A stretch of 48,930 nt of DNA, counting the filler, from Streblomastix strix (Eukaryota), in the NCBI GenBank assembly GCA_008636045.1. It is 3 parts of 3 records of this genome, joined end to end, with 100 filler letters (N's around TTAATTAATTAA, not from the genome) between each part and the next. Parts side by side here need not be neighbours in the genome. Positions count along the whole stretch, not along the records: positions 1 to 16,254 come from SNRW01000850.1; positions 16,355 to 32,592 come from SNRW01000851.1; 1 more part is not named here. One strand, written 5' to 3'. Of this stretch, positions 1-18,705 are shown piece after piece. The position numbers were made by a program, and so were the translations under genes. Position 1 is the first letter of the stretch. Each line of letters begins with the position of its first letter. The notes below the pieces were generated by a model. It did no database searches and was not told the origin of the DNA. It saw nothing but the letters and a program-made list of their open reading frames with translations.

Positions 1-5102
<5,102 letters not shown>

Positions 5103-5127
5103 GATTGCAATATAAAAAGTACTAAAT

Positions 5128-5354
5128 NNNNNNNNNNNNNNNNNNNNNNNNNNNNNNNNNNNNNNNNNNNNNNNNNNNNNNNNNNNNNNNNNNNNNNNNN
5201 NNNNNNNNNNNNNNNNNNNNNNNNNNNTGAATGTTTGCCTTAATTTTATAGCGTTGAATCCATTAATATCAAATTTTATTTCCCGACATCTTTATCTTTT
5301 TCTTTTTCTCCGTTTACAGATTAAGACATGATTGCAATATAAAAAGTACTAAAT
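5128..5354. other. 100-N scaffold gap with duplicated flank
   Basis: 5228-5354 repeats 5001-5127, consistent with an unmerged assembly overlap. Confidence 0.85.
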
Positions 5355-5759
5355 CAAATTAAATAAGAGCTTCAAAATATATAAAATAAATAAATAAAAA
5401 AATGGTTTTTATCAAGCCGATTTTGATTTTAAAAGAAAAAGATTTATTGAATTAACAAATTCAATATCAATCAATTCCAGTTAAATAATTTGCTTTGATT
5501 TGATTATAATGTTATTGAAATATATTTATAAAACTAAATTTGAATATTTTCGTGTAGATATGTAATGAAGTGCATGCTCTGCGCTTAAATTAAATAAAAG
5601 AATTTAGATATTTATGACCATTTTGAATATTTTGTAATTTGTTTTAAATTTTAATATTATATATAACAATTATTTATTCTGAAGGTTTTATTCAACAATA
5701 TGTTGTGTTAAACCGTTGAAACAGACAAGTTATTAATTCACTGAAAACAGGTTATTAAT

Positions 5760-8700
5760 TCACTGATTACATACTGGGCACTTGCGACTCTTCTACAGCC
5801 ATGGTTTTATGCAAATTTCGTGAAAATGGTGAATGCAATTCAACATTAACATTTAATCCCCATCTACGAGATCTTCTTAACAAATTGCGCACTTTTCAAC
5901 ACTATCTTAATCAATTGCTCCAGATTTGAATTGAAATCGTGGGAGGTTTTATATTTCCTTTTAATTATTTGTTTAAAATTAAACAGAATAATTAGTTAAA
6001 TCAACAAGATAGATATAATTCACCAATGGATTCTCAAAATAAATTACATTAATATAACTATTCATATAAATCATACCTCCTCAGACATGCATATTTCAAC
6101 TTTTCCTATTTTCTCCTCTAATTCTATAAGTTGTTCATATCCCCATCCATCAATATCTAATTCATCCCTTCTTGATTATCCTAATCTTCCTCTATTAAAA
6201 AACATTCCTCCATATATCTATCTTCCTTGATAGAATCTATTACGATTATTATATATTTATTATTATTATATCTATTAACCCTATTAAAGATCTTAATCTT
6301 AATCTTAATCATCTAAAATGATATCTTCTTAATTTCTTAATCTTCCTATTTATAACTATCCAGTTATTCTTTCATATGTTCTTCTTCCTCTTATATTATC
6401 TCTTGTTATTTAATCTTGTTATTATTATTATTATTGTTGTTGTTATAATTATTGTTATTATCCATATATTGATTGTATTGGAGCTTGAAATCCAATTGTT
6501 ACTTAATTACTATTAATATTTGAATTATGATGCTAATGAATATGCTAACGATGTTGTTATTTAGGAAATTATGGATAAATTACTTATGGATAATGAGTTT
6601 ATTAATTATTAATTTATTAATTATTAATTTATTATTATTATTATTATTATTATTAATTTATGTTATATTAAATTGGTCTATGTTGAAGCCCTATATATTA
6701 ATCATTTTCCGCTTTTTAAAATTATTATAAATTTCTTTAAAATCTTTCATGTTAATTATTTCTCTCTCTTTAATCATTTTAATCTTCTTCTCTTTCTCTT
6801 TCTATTTATTAATCATTTATATTTATATTAACTATTGGTATTGGATTTATATCAATAATTACTTATTATCTTTATATTTCTTTTTCTCTTTCTTATTATT
6901 CATTCATTTCTCTTTATAATATATCCATTTATCTTAATCCTTCTCTTATTCTTTCTCTATCTCTTTCTATTTACAATTCTCTTTATCTTATTCTTTCTCT
7001 TTCTTATTATTATTCTCTAATTAATTACATTTACTTATCTTTCTATTCTTATTCTCTAATTAATTACATTTACTTATCTTTTTATTCTTATTCTCTAATT
7101 AATTACATTTACTTATCTTTTTATTCTCTTTCTTTCAATATTTATTATTATCTCTACATTAATTATTCTCTTTCTCTTCTAATATCATCTAATCTATTAA
7201 TCTCATATTATTATAATCTTTCATTATTTCTTTCTCTTTATTCTCTTTCAATCTTCCTTTATTCAATTTCTTAATTAATTCTTTCTCTTTCTAATTCATT
7301 TATTGTCCTTTATTTATCTATTTCATTCTCATTCTTATTTTATTTATTATTATTTCTATCTTTTAATATTTATTCTCTTAATAATACTAAATCTTTTTCA
7401 ACTTAATCTTCTTATTCTTATTCTTATTATTCTTATTATTCTTATTCTTATTATATCTATTATCTTTCTGTATTTAATTTATCTTCACCTAAATTATTGA
7501 TATTCAAATCAATTTCAGATATGTCCTATTTCTCTTATTCATTATCTTATTCTAATTATACTTCATTATCATAAATTTGAATGATATCTTTTTATTTATT
7601 ATTTTAATAAATTTGATTAGATGGTTAAATTGGCGATTAAATTGATAATAAATTATTAAAAATAGATTATTCTTTCCTTCTTTATTTATGCTTATCTTTA
7701 TCTTTCTATTTATTTTTAACTTTATCTTTAACATTATCTTTATCTTTATTTCTATCTTAATATTTATTTCTATCTTAATCTTTTTCATAATCTATTACTT
7801 CTTCTTCTTCTTCTATTTCTTTTTCTTTCTTTATATCTTTTTTCTCTTCTTTTTCTCTATATTTATCTTTTTCTCTTTCTCTATATTTATCTTTTTCTTT
7901 ATTTTTATCTTTTTCTTTATATTTTTCTCTTTCTTTGTCTTTATATTTTTCTCTTTTAATTCCAATTGAAATCTGATCTCTTGGTGTTAAAGATTCAAAA
8001 TTAAATCCAAGTAAGCTTAAATTATCAGAATCATGTTATTATTAATTTATTGGATATCTATTATTATTATTATTATTATAGTTTGTAGGAAGAGTATTAA
8101 TTTCATTATTAATTGTATAATTATTATCATTATATTTAATATCTGGAGAAGGAGTTCTAGATTTCATAACTATTCTTTTTTATGAATTATCTAAATCAAG
8201 TTCATCTGGGAATTAAATAAGTTGAGGATATTATTATTAGATTGAATTAATTTATTGTTTATTAGACTATTGTTATTATTATTATTATTATTATCCTATT
8301 TATTAGTCTAATTATTATTAATCTTTTAATTAATCAAATTACAAGAATTAAATTGGAGGAGGAAGAGGAGGACTTTAAGATGAATATTGAGAAGCTGTTA
8401 GAAATGAAGATGAAGATGAAGAAGATGAAGATTAATATTATTATTATTGTTGTTGTTGTTGTTACTATTATTGTTAAGATGAATGTAATTATGTTCTTGG
8501 AAGAGTAGCAAATGGATTATTAAATATTACAGATTGTTTCTATGGGAAATATTATTAATTATTATTATTTTGTTGAATAGGAAGTTGATGCTGTTATTAA
8601 TCCTAATTTTATTATTAAAATATTGGAGATGATGAATTACGATATTTTAAAGGAGGATGTTGAGAATTACTTGATTATTAATTATATTATTATATATATT

Positions 8701-9106
8701 ATTAATTCTACTATTTTAATAATTATTATTACTATTATAATTGTTGCATTTATAATTAAAGATTTGAAATATGATTAGAAAACAATTATTCTGTTTAAGG
8801 ATGTTATATTTGAGTATTATTATCAGAAGATTATTATTATTGATATTATTAATAAGGATATGGAGAAATCTAAGAAATTAATTATGGTTAATTATCCAAA
8901 TGAGAAAGATTCTAATATTTGTTATATTCCTTTTCTTACAGTTATCTGGCTAATAATTCATCAGCTTCAAGTTATTTGAGTTTCTGCTATTCTTATTCTT
9001 CCAATTATTTCCTCTTTCTTTCTTATTCTAATTAAATTATCATATTCTCTTATTATTATTTCCTTTAATTTTCTAAAATTCTTATTTATTCTTATTATTC
9101 TTATTC

Positions 9107-9174
<68 letters not shown>

Positions 9175-9919
9175 CATTTCTATTTTTATCCTTATCATTA
9201 TCTACATCTTCTTCTTCTTCATCTTCCTCTGCCTTAATTAATGATCGTATTTCTTCTTCCTATATTTATTCTCTTTATCCTATTAATTCAATCTCTTATT
9301 CAACATGTTATTCATCTTATTCAATTTGTTAATTGTCCTATAATTTCAATTATTGACTTTATTATTACTCATCTTATTCTTTTTATTGTTAATTTTATTA
9401 TAAATTATCTTAACCTTTAAATTACTGATTTTATTGTTAATCATCTCCATTATTAATTTTATAGTCATTTAATGTTTATATTTGGGGAATATTTGCCATC
9501 TTTTCTCTATTTTCATTTCTCTTCATTTAATTCTTCATCTTTTCATTCCCTTTCCTCTATTTAAGTGTGTCATCTAACTTAGCTTATAGACCAGTTAATA
9601 TAGGAGGTGTTAATTATTATTATTGAAATTAGAATAAGGGTAATGGTTGGGGTAGTAATTATGGTTAATTAGGAGAATATTATTGAGGTGTGAGTTATTG
9701 AGGTTAAAATAGATGAAATTGGTTCTATATCTCAGATAAATGGGGAGGTGTTATTTAGTTTGGGGTTTACATACTTGAAAATTTAAAAGGTGATTGTTCT
9801 TGGTCGTATCTAAAAGGAGATTGTTCCTGATCATATCTCTGCATTTGTTAAACTGAAAAATTGATGGGATATTTCGAGCCTTGATTTTATATCGGGTCAC
9901 TTTCAATCTTATCTGTCAT
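5760..9919 (-). CDS. RING-H2 E3 ubiquitin ligase with long Q/E/N/K-rich region (about 1350 aa)
   Basis: Exons 9919-6077 and 5957-5760. C-terminus LDIDGWGYEQLIELEEKIGKV...CAICQEDLVDGDQMLMLNCIHHFHEICIKPWLQKSRKCPVCNQ* gives C3H2C3 spacing plus the typical pre-RING motif. MIU-like EADELLARQLQEKE near 8930-8970. Confidence 0.92.
7011..7128 (-). repeat. 39-bp coding tandem repeat, 3 copies
   Basis: Unit encodes about KDKQMQLIREQEQ within the E3 gene. Confidence 0.8.
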
Positions 9920-10507
9920 TAACTTAAAAAGGTTAGTATAAAATAATTTTACTATATTTGTATTAAAAAAGAAATTTTTAAAGGAAAGTTATATAAATCC
10001 AGCAAAAAAAGAAAAAAGCCAATTTTTCCAAAATAATTTATTATGGGTTGGATATGTTTTCAAAATATTGCATACTAGTAGTTGAAATGTTCTTATGGTT
10101 AATAATAAGGTAAAAAATCTGTTATTTAAATGGAAAAATCAATTTTAATTGGAAAAATTTGGAACTCCTGATTGATACTATAAACTGTTATAACAAGCAT
10201 ATGAATCAAGTTTTATGCGGGGCAATACCGACTATTATTTGACCTGTATGAATAAACTTTAAAAGATCAAGCTGAATTTACTGTACCAATTTTTAAACAA
10301 TTTTTGCTTACCTAGTCCTTAATATGAATTACAGTAAAAATACTATGAAATAATTTGTTGCAAATTATATAACTGAGATAATACAATTATAATACATTTG
10401 AACTATTTTAGAATTCCTCGAATATTTTTATTTTTTAATAATGAAATGTTATATTGAGACAATCAAAACAGGTTAATTAGTCCACTGATGTGACATCTTA
10501 AGTTGAA

Positions 10508-11341
10508 TCAGGCCTTCTTGGATGTTTTCTCCACACCTTTAAGCCTATCATTTTCTTTCAGGACAGTGAGGATTGAAACATTCAATTTCTGAATAAATTA
10601 ATTAATTAAATGGAAATAAAATAAATAATGGATAATTTATACATCAATCTCATCATTGCTACTGTTTTTCCAAAGATCAACAATAATATCAATTAAATCT
10701 GCTTTAGTTGCATTTTCTATGCACAAATGAAGCTCTTCAACGGTTACAGAACCTTCACATTAAATAATGAATACAAATAAAATATTGGTTACTCAAATTA
10801 AATCATTTATAAACTTTCAATGACGATCTACAGAATTTTCCTCAAGATTCCAATTTTATGAGCATCATCACCTCTCCTTAAACTTGGAGCAAGAACATAG
10901 AATGCAAATGTCTGAAATAAAATGAATTTAATTAACAAAGTTAATAAATGTTGCATACATTGAGTTTAACAGGTTGAGAAGATCCTGTTTCTGCCATATC
11001 TGATTATATATTATAAATAATAGAGCGAATATAATAAATAATAAAATGTATTCTTATTGATTTTATGGTAATCCATGTGGAGTATGTGGAGATTAAAGTT
11101 GTGAATGTGGTGATTAAATTTGTTAAATTTCTGATAGTGGCTGGATTTCTGTTAAAGGAATAAGTTTAGATCCTGAACTGCTTTATTCTACTTTCCCTTA
11201 TTTTTCACTGTATTCGGGGTGTTTTTTCTTCCTAGCAGCAAGAGTCACCTCACGCAGTCGAACAGCAATTGCAGCAGCAGCAAAAAAGAAGCCAGCTATG
11301 ATAGATGCTGCAAAGTGAGGTTGCATGTCAAGCTGGTTCAT
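10508..11341 (-). CDS. Hypothetical protein with an N-terminal hydrophobic segment, about 4 exons
   Basis: MNQLDMQPHFAASIIAGFFFAAAAIAVRLR... through GT-AG introns to ...GVEKTSKKA*. Confidence 0.65.
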
Positions 11342-12096
11342 ATGCTGCAATAAAGAAGCAAAAATTGCAAGAGTTTATAATAAAAAATTAGTAAGAAAAT
11401 TATAAAAAGCTATAAGAAATCGCAAAAATACAAAGGGAAATTATCGAGATTCATTTGCTGCATTCTAGGCTTATTTTGATGTAAATTTTATATTGTTTGT
11501 TAATAGTAGCTTAATCGTAAATTAATAACTAATATAACTAGTTATTATGTTGTTATATATTTTGGGGAGAGCAATACGAGCGAGTTTTTAAAAAATTATG
11601 AAATAGCACATTTGGAATTCATTTCGTGAGAAAATAATTTAATTACAAAGTAAATGGCAAAATATTTGAAATTATGTAGTCAATTGTTTGAGTATATTGC
11701 TGTAGACCCTGATACTAGCTCAAAAAGAATTTGTGGCTAATTGAGAATTTATCACGAATAATTTCAGCATGTAATGCTTGCTAATAATTGAACATACATA
11801 TTAATATATGTTAATATACTGAATTTGCTTAAAAAAAATTGAATAAATATTGCACAGCCCTATGGCGCCGGTAGAATCAAAAAGGCCAGTATCATCCTAT
11901 AGTATTTATTATACTGAGTTATTTAAATATTATTTTATTTTGATTATTTTGGAATTAGATATTTTCAATAACATTCAAAAAATAATTTTTATTGTAATTT
12001 TTTTAACTCAAATTGTTATTTTTCTTGTTGAAAATAAGAATAATATCATAGCTTTGAAGAGAGACAGAAGTATAATTAACATAACAAAGAATATAT

Positions 12097-12944
12097 TCAA
12101 CATTTAATGAACTTTACAGCATGTATTTCACCCTTCTATGTTTCTTTTCCTTTCTTTTCAGATGTTTCACTTCTTAAAATTGAGCAAAATCCGCGTTTCT
12201 CCAAAGCTTCGAGGACATGAATAACTGTTGTTAATTCAACTCCTTCAAATATTGAATTGCTTGCAATCTCATAATCTACTAATTCCATTAATGTGAAGAC
12301 TTTCTGCTATTATACAAGATCTCTTTCTCTAATCTAAATAATAAATAAATAATATATATATAATAAATTAATATATAAATTAATATATAAATTAATATAT
12401 AAATTAATATATAAATATATATTAAACAAATAAGAATAATTTATATGAAGATACCCATTCAATTGTCTTTTCTTCAAGCTATGAATCAGTTAAGATATGA
12501 ACAACTGCTCTTTTCTTTTATGGTGAATCCCAATTTGCATTCTCTGAGAAAATGAATTATTAATTTAAATTAATTTAAGAATATAAAATTAAATATACTC
12601 GTCTCTACTAGACTATCAATAATCATTCGGACCATCTCACCATTTAGTTTTCCTGCAATTTGTAATGAATATAAAAATGAACAAAAGAGGCACACTTTTA
12701 ATCTTTTTATTATTGAAAAGCTCCATGCTTTCAATATCTTTTATATCAATTGTCTAAACATTATAACGTTAAATGTATTTCTTTACCAACTCTCGCCACA
12801 GCCAAATCTGTTTCTTACGTGTAGCTTCAACAGGTTAAAGTCTGCAGAATGTATGATTCAATAAATGATGTGAAAAAATTAGAAGGTGATGACAAACGTG
12901 TAGAAAGAAGGAATGAAGTAAAATGGCGGCCACTCGAAACTCAT
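12097..12944 (-). CDS. VPS25: ESCRT-II subunit Vps25
   Basis: MSFEWPPFYFIPSFYT|LQPVEATRKKQIWLWREL, LFNNKKIKRKL, NANWD, VFTLMEL and C-terminal AVKFIKC*; 4 GT-AG introns. Confidence 0.93.
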
Positions 12945-13764
12945 TTAGAATTTCTGTAATTTTCAGATAATTGAAACAAAAAATAAAGAATAAACCAAAA
13001 TAAATAAAAATGAAATATTTATAAAAGAAATTTATGAAAAAAGCTGACATTTAGTTAATAAAAATCTAAATGGAACTTTGACAATAAACTACTTATTAAT
13101 CAACTATTTAATCATAAAATATAGTGTATAAATAATAAAATTGTTTATTTTATATGAATTTATCATTAATATTACGAGGATAAAGAGCAGAATCAAATTT
13201 TATTGTTTTTCTTTTCCAATACTTGGTACTCTCTTTAGGAATTTTTTCTTAATTTTCTACAATTTACACAAACTATTGTTATATTTCAAATTTGAATAAG
13301 TTCGAAAATAATTCCCTAATTTAATATTGGTTTCAGCTCGATTATCTTGGCATATAATAAATCATATTGTAAAATATTTTTTACTAAATGAATAAAATAA
13401 TAATTTCTTTCATTTTCACAAGTGCATAATATTTATAATGCATTCCATGCCTAAATCAAAAAAAAATCAGAACTCCACACAAAATACAGTTATAAATATA
13501 GAAAATTATTTGAATAATATAAGCCATTACAGTATATTCATAATATTTATGTAAATATAACTTATTGTTTTATGAATATAGCACAATTCAAGTTTTAAAT
13601 TCTATCAAATTGAAACATGCGCAGAGAACAGAGATATTCTATTTCTTATTTCATGCTCACATGCTTGTAATTTAAATGATTATTTGATCTTACTTTAGTT
13701 TAATTTCATTTTTTTTATATTGCTATCCCCTTAATACCATCATTTATTTATCGTCAATTTAGAA

Positions 13765-15468
13765 ATGCTTGTTAGGTTACTTGTACTTCTTCCCATTATA
13801 AATCTCATCGTTGGTGCAAAGAGTAGCAAGTTTAAAAACTTCTAGCAGAACTTAGATCATTTTGAATCAAACACAAAGCAGCTCTTTAATCAGAGATACA
13901 TAATTAATTCAAAGTATTATAATGGAAGTCACAATATGCTTTTTGTACTTGGTGGGAAAGGTGGAATTGCACCAGATTTAGTTGATAAGGGACATGTTGT
14001 TGGTTTGTTCTATCTTTTAATTTTTAATTGTTCATCGAATACTTTTTTTTTGTCTTATTATCATAATATAGAATTAGCTTAGAAAATAGGAGCTGTTATA
14101 GTTGGTCTAGAACATCGCTTCTATGGATAATCTAGACCTTATGATACAACCACATCTGATCATCTGTAGTTTCTAACCTCTAAATAAGCAGTAGCTGATG
14201 CAGGACGCTTTATTGAGTGGATAATAAATACAGAACTGAAGAAGTGCACAATAAGACGTACCATAACAGTAGGAGGAGGATATGGAGGTAGTCTTAGTGC
14301 ATGGGTACGTGCAAGGTATCCACATCTTGTTATTGGAAGCATTGCATCATCTGCTCCTTTATTGGCTAAGTAAGACTTCTGGGAATATGATTAAGTTGTT
14401 GTACAGGCAATAGGAGATGAATGTTTCAATGATCTTAAAACAGGAATGAATGAAGCAGTGAATTGGATTTATAATTATATTGATTAGATCCGAAAGAAAT
14501 TGAAATGTGGAAGTACAATGAATGCAGTAGATATAATATACGTTCTTGCAGATGCAGTCTCAATAGCTATTTAGAATAATTAGGAGAATGGGACATCTAA
14601 ATATCAAACAAGGAAGAATCTTTGTGATATAATGACAGCAGAAGTTGGAAAGGAGAGAACAAAAGCTGATCTGCTACTTACATTCATTGAACAACTATTT
14701 GATAATATGAGTACATCATGCTATAACATATCTCTTATGGATGAGAGACTCAAACGTGAACAGGATTAGTATGTTAATGGAGATCGAGAATGGTTATATT
14801 AGTAGTGTTCAGAGTTTGGTTTCTTCTAAATTGCACTTCCCTAAGGGCAGGAAGGGCATTAATTACGCGATATGAGCATCAATGATTAGTTTTATTAGAC
14901 TTAATGTGGTTTAATATTCTTCCCTCAACCTCAACTCAATATAAATGCAACAAACATCTACTTTGGGGGAGTAGATAACTTCAAAGGAACTAACATAGCA
15001 TTTGTCAATGGAGAACTTGATCCTTGGAACAGACTGAGTATATAATATGATAATATTGAGAAGGATGCATTAAAATAACATAACATATCACTGTCTCCAA
15101 AAGATGATCGTCTCAGACTTCAACACTGGACTGTCCTCTAAGTTGCTAATGGATCTCATTCAAATGATCTTTGGGAAACAACAGCCAGTGACTCGGAATC
15201 TCTCAATGCCACAAGAAAATATGTAGATGAAACAGTAATGAACTGGATAGAAGCAGCTTCTCTTTTGGAAGAGGAACGCTTACATGATAAAAATTCGAAC
15301 ATTTCGTTCAATTCTCCACTATTTATTGTTGCTGTGATTGTCTTTGTCTTTAGTGTGATTATCTTAATCATAGGAGCTATTTTCATTTCACGGAGGTGGG
15401 CAAATCGCAAATAATACTCGTAGATTGAGGCACCACTCCTAGGTGATTAATAAACAAGTCGTCGTTGA
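13765..15468 (+). CDS. Serine peptidase S28 (PRCP/DPP7/TSSP family) homolog with signal peptide and C-terminal TM helix; nucleophile motif altered
   Basis: Exons 13765-14002 and 14072-15468. Motifs [72 protein letters not shown]. Confidence 0.93.
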
Positions 15469-15715
15469 GTGATAAAATGTTCATTTATTTTGTAGATCAA
15501 TTATTTTTATTACTTACTAATATTTAGGTTATAATTTTAATTGTATAACATTATTAAAACCTTCCCTGGTTTTGTAATCCAACATAAAATATTTTTTATC
15601 AAAATGCTTGTATCGCACGTATCGAAACACAATTCCTTAATATTTATATTTTATTAATGCATTTATAATATTTTATTTATTATTTTTTGTTCCACATTCT
15701 TAACAATTACCATAG

Positions 15716-16254
15716 ATGGCTTACAAAGGGAAAATACCTAAAAATCTTGGTGAGCTTGATAATATTATTACAGAGTAGATTGGTTTTAAAGATGAATTTG
15801 ATAAATAAGAAAAACAGAAAGCGTTTGAATACTTATTTATGTATTTATATAAGTATAATTTATTTCTAGAAATCGTTTATTGAAAAGTATTTATAATGAA
15901 AGTGAAAGAGATTCAAGTATAGATAAGTAGAAAAGTGCAGGAGATCAAAATTCAGATAAGAAAAATGATAATTAATTAAAATTTACTCCCAGTTCATATA
16001 AACCCAGTGAAGATTAACAGATCAATGTTGGATTGTCAGATTCACTCAAGGCTGTGCACAATCAGATTGAATTAAGAATGTTATAAGATACTAACATTTC
16101 TGTTTGCCATATAATTTTATTATAATACTTGATAATATATAACTTATAATTAGGTTAGCTAATCCTAACTAGACTTTAGCAATGAAGCACTAGCCGACTT
16201 TTATAAAACTGCATTTGATAATATTTGTAGTTTTGAGAAATAAGAGATGGAATA
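15716..16254 (+). CDS. Hypothetical protein, 5' part, truncated by contig end
   Basis: MAYKGKIPKNLGELDNII...; intron 15823-15869 (GTTTGA..TAG); frame continues to the gap. Confidence 0.6.
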
Positions 16255-16354
16255 NNNNNNNNNNNNNNNNNNNNNNNNNNNNNNNNNNNNNNNNNNNNTT
16301 AATTAATTAANNNNNNNNNNNNNNNNNNNNNNNNNNNNNNNNNNNNNNNNNNNN
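16255..16354. other. Artificial contig linker (N44-TTAATTAATTAA-N44)
   Basis: 12-mer with stops in all six frames at 16299-16310, embedded in Ns. Confidence 0.95.
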
Positions 16355-18245
16355 CACTTCATCACCTTCTGGATATTGGAACAAGAAAAAGAATAATTTA
16401 TTGTATCTCTAAGATATTGGATAAAGAGAAGATATTGAATTGAAAGAAGAAGGAATAAATGTGAATGAAGAAATAATTGAGAATAAATAATAATAAACAT
16501 TTGGTCTTTATTTATCTGGTGGAAAAGGTCCATTTATTAGAACAGGTGATATTGGAGTATTTATTATTAATGATGAAGGCAGAAGAGAATTAATCATTTG
16601 TGGAAGATATATTGAATAAGAACCTGAATCTGAGAAATAAAAATCAAATGATATAATAAATGATAATGAAAAGATGGAGTTAAAAGATGATTAAGTATCA
16701 ATAAGAAGTTCAAGTACTGTATCGTTGCGAAGTTCCTCCATCAGAATACATACTCCAACTCCAAAATATGCAGATCATGATCATTTTGAAGGAAATTAAA
16801 CAGGAAATTTCTTTCAGACTAATAATTAATCTTTGATTCAGAAGAAAGACAGAAAAATACTTTCTCTTCTTGAATGCAATTCTGATGGAACATATTCACT
16901 TCAGTAGATACATGAATTAGTTCAATCAATAGTTGATGATAAATTGGATTGTAATGATATTGATGTTAAGAATATTGGAGATTTAGATAGAATTACATTA
17001 GATAGTGAATCATATGTAGAATCAACAAAGGAAGAAGATTCCTTATGTGATAATAAAGATACTGATTAACATTCTGATGAAATTATAAGAAATAACAGAA
17101 ATCATTCACTTGAACGATCATAGAATTCTGCTTTTCACATGAAAAAACATATTCCGAGGAAGAAATCTTTATTATCACAATACAATCTTGATAATTATTC
17201 TATAAAGAATATGGATAAATCATTTATAGATATTGGTCTTGATGATCTTGCAGCATCTCAAATTGTATATTAACTTAACGTAATAATATCAAAATCCATT
17301 CTTAATTATAAGAAACGAATACAATCTGGGAATATATAATCTAATATTACATCTCTTCCCAATGACAATCAAAGCAATGATTAACCATTAACAACAATTG
17401 TTAATATTAGTTCAATAGTATTCCATGAGTGCTTTGATGTTTCTACATTGAGTTTTGCTTTACTCAAAATGCTTCAAGTTCGTCAATTGGCTGAATTAGA
17501 ATCCGAGAAGATGAAAAATGGAGAAGAATATAAAGAGTATCAAAGAAAGATGAAGTTATTCAATGGAGACATAACAGTTACAGAAGAAGAGGTGTAACAT
17601 GAAGTTAGAATACTCCGTGGTGAGATTGATGATGATTTTGGAAAGAGTAGCACTGAAAGTTCAAATAAAGATTATATTACAAAAAAGTTCAATAAAAAGA
17701 AGAAAGAAAATGAAGGAAAACAGAATTTTTCTTCTAATAATAACACTAAGAAATCTAAATCACTAAAGAAACTTGACAATAATCGAAATTCATGGTTTAA
17801 GAATCACAAAGAAATAAAAGACTTCTATCAGATTCCTATGACAACATCACCAACAACACTTCGCAAATCAATCAATAATCACATTCAACGATAACAGAGG
17901 GAGGAATAACATGTTAAACAGTTATTGTTGTTGTTTTTTGTGATTGTACTATTAGTTATTATTATAGAATGGAATTTATATTAAATTTAATGCGAAGATA
18001 TGTTGATTGATCATGTAAAACTTGCTGTGGATGAGATCTATAAAACAAAAATTGAATTGGTTTGAAAAATATATTATTTTTTATATATTTTTTTTTCATT
18101 TCGATTATTTTTTATTTATCAGAATGCTGGATAATTTGCATTTGTAGATGATTATGCATAAAGAAACTTTCTAAGTGGCATGTTTCAACTTCCTGGAAAG
18201 TATTTATTAAGGAGAACCGGATTCAATTTATTACTTAAAAATTGA
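16355..18245 (+). CDS. Hypothetical protein, 3' part
   Basis: Open frame of about 520 codons from the gap, then short exons ending ...RRTGFNLLLKN* (TGA 18243-18245). Confidence 0.7.
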
Positions 18246-18705
18246 TAACCTAAAAATGAATGGAAATAATATTTATTATGAATATCAACTTTGATCCTAT
18301 CTATGTAATCATTTCAAATCCATTAAAATAATATGATAATTATATATACAGTTGATTTTAGCTCTTCTAAATATTGTTTGTGCTTTTTTAATACAAATAT
18401 TCTTACATATGAATTTTGATTGATTAATAATTGCTATTATTTGTGGATTTTTTATTGTTTGATCAAATTAAATCAAATTTTTTGATTGATTTCATTACAT
18501 ATAATAATTATATATTAATTACTCTTAAAAATTAAACTCATTTCTAACTCAAATATCACTTTTTATGTACTCTTAAAGCAGAAAATATTTACAAATCAAT
18601 TCTTGTTCACATTCAGAATAATTTTTCATCAAGCAATTCATTTCACGTATAATCTATATATTTATAAAGTTTAATGTTATATATTTTCTATTTAAACCAA
18701 TTGTT

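Noticed and set aside
6527..7969. Hydrophobic I/L/F-rich ORFs in the supplied track
   Set aside because: Antisense or off-frame shadows of the Q/E/K-rich minus-strand E3 gene; artefacts of standard-code translation.
12754..12786. Apparent 33-nt GT..AG mini-intron in VPS25
   Set aside because: Reads in frame as VKKYIQRYNVQ and occupies the expected Vps25 helix, so it is coding.
16299..16310. TTAATTAATTAA palindrome (also 32637-32648)
   Set aside because: Synthetic six-frame-stop linker inside N runs; adjacency across it is not biological evidence.
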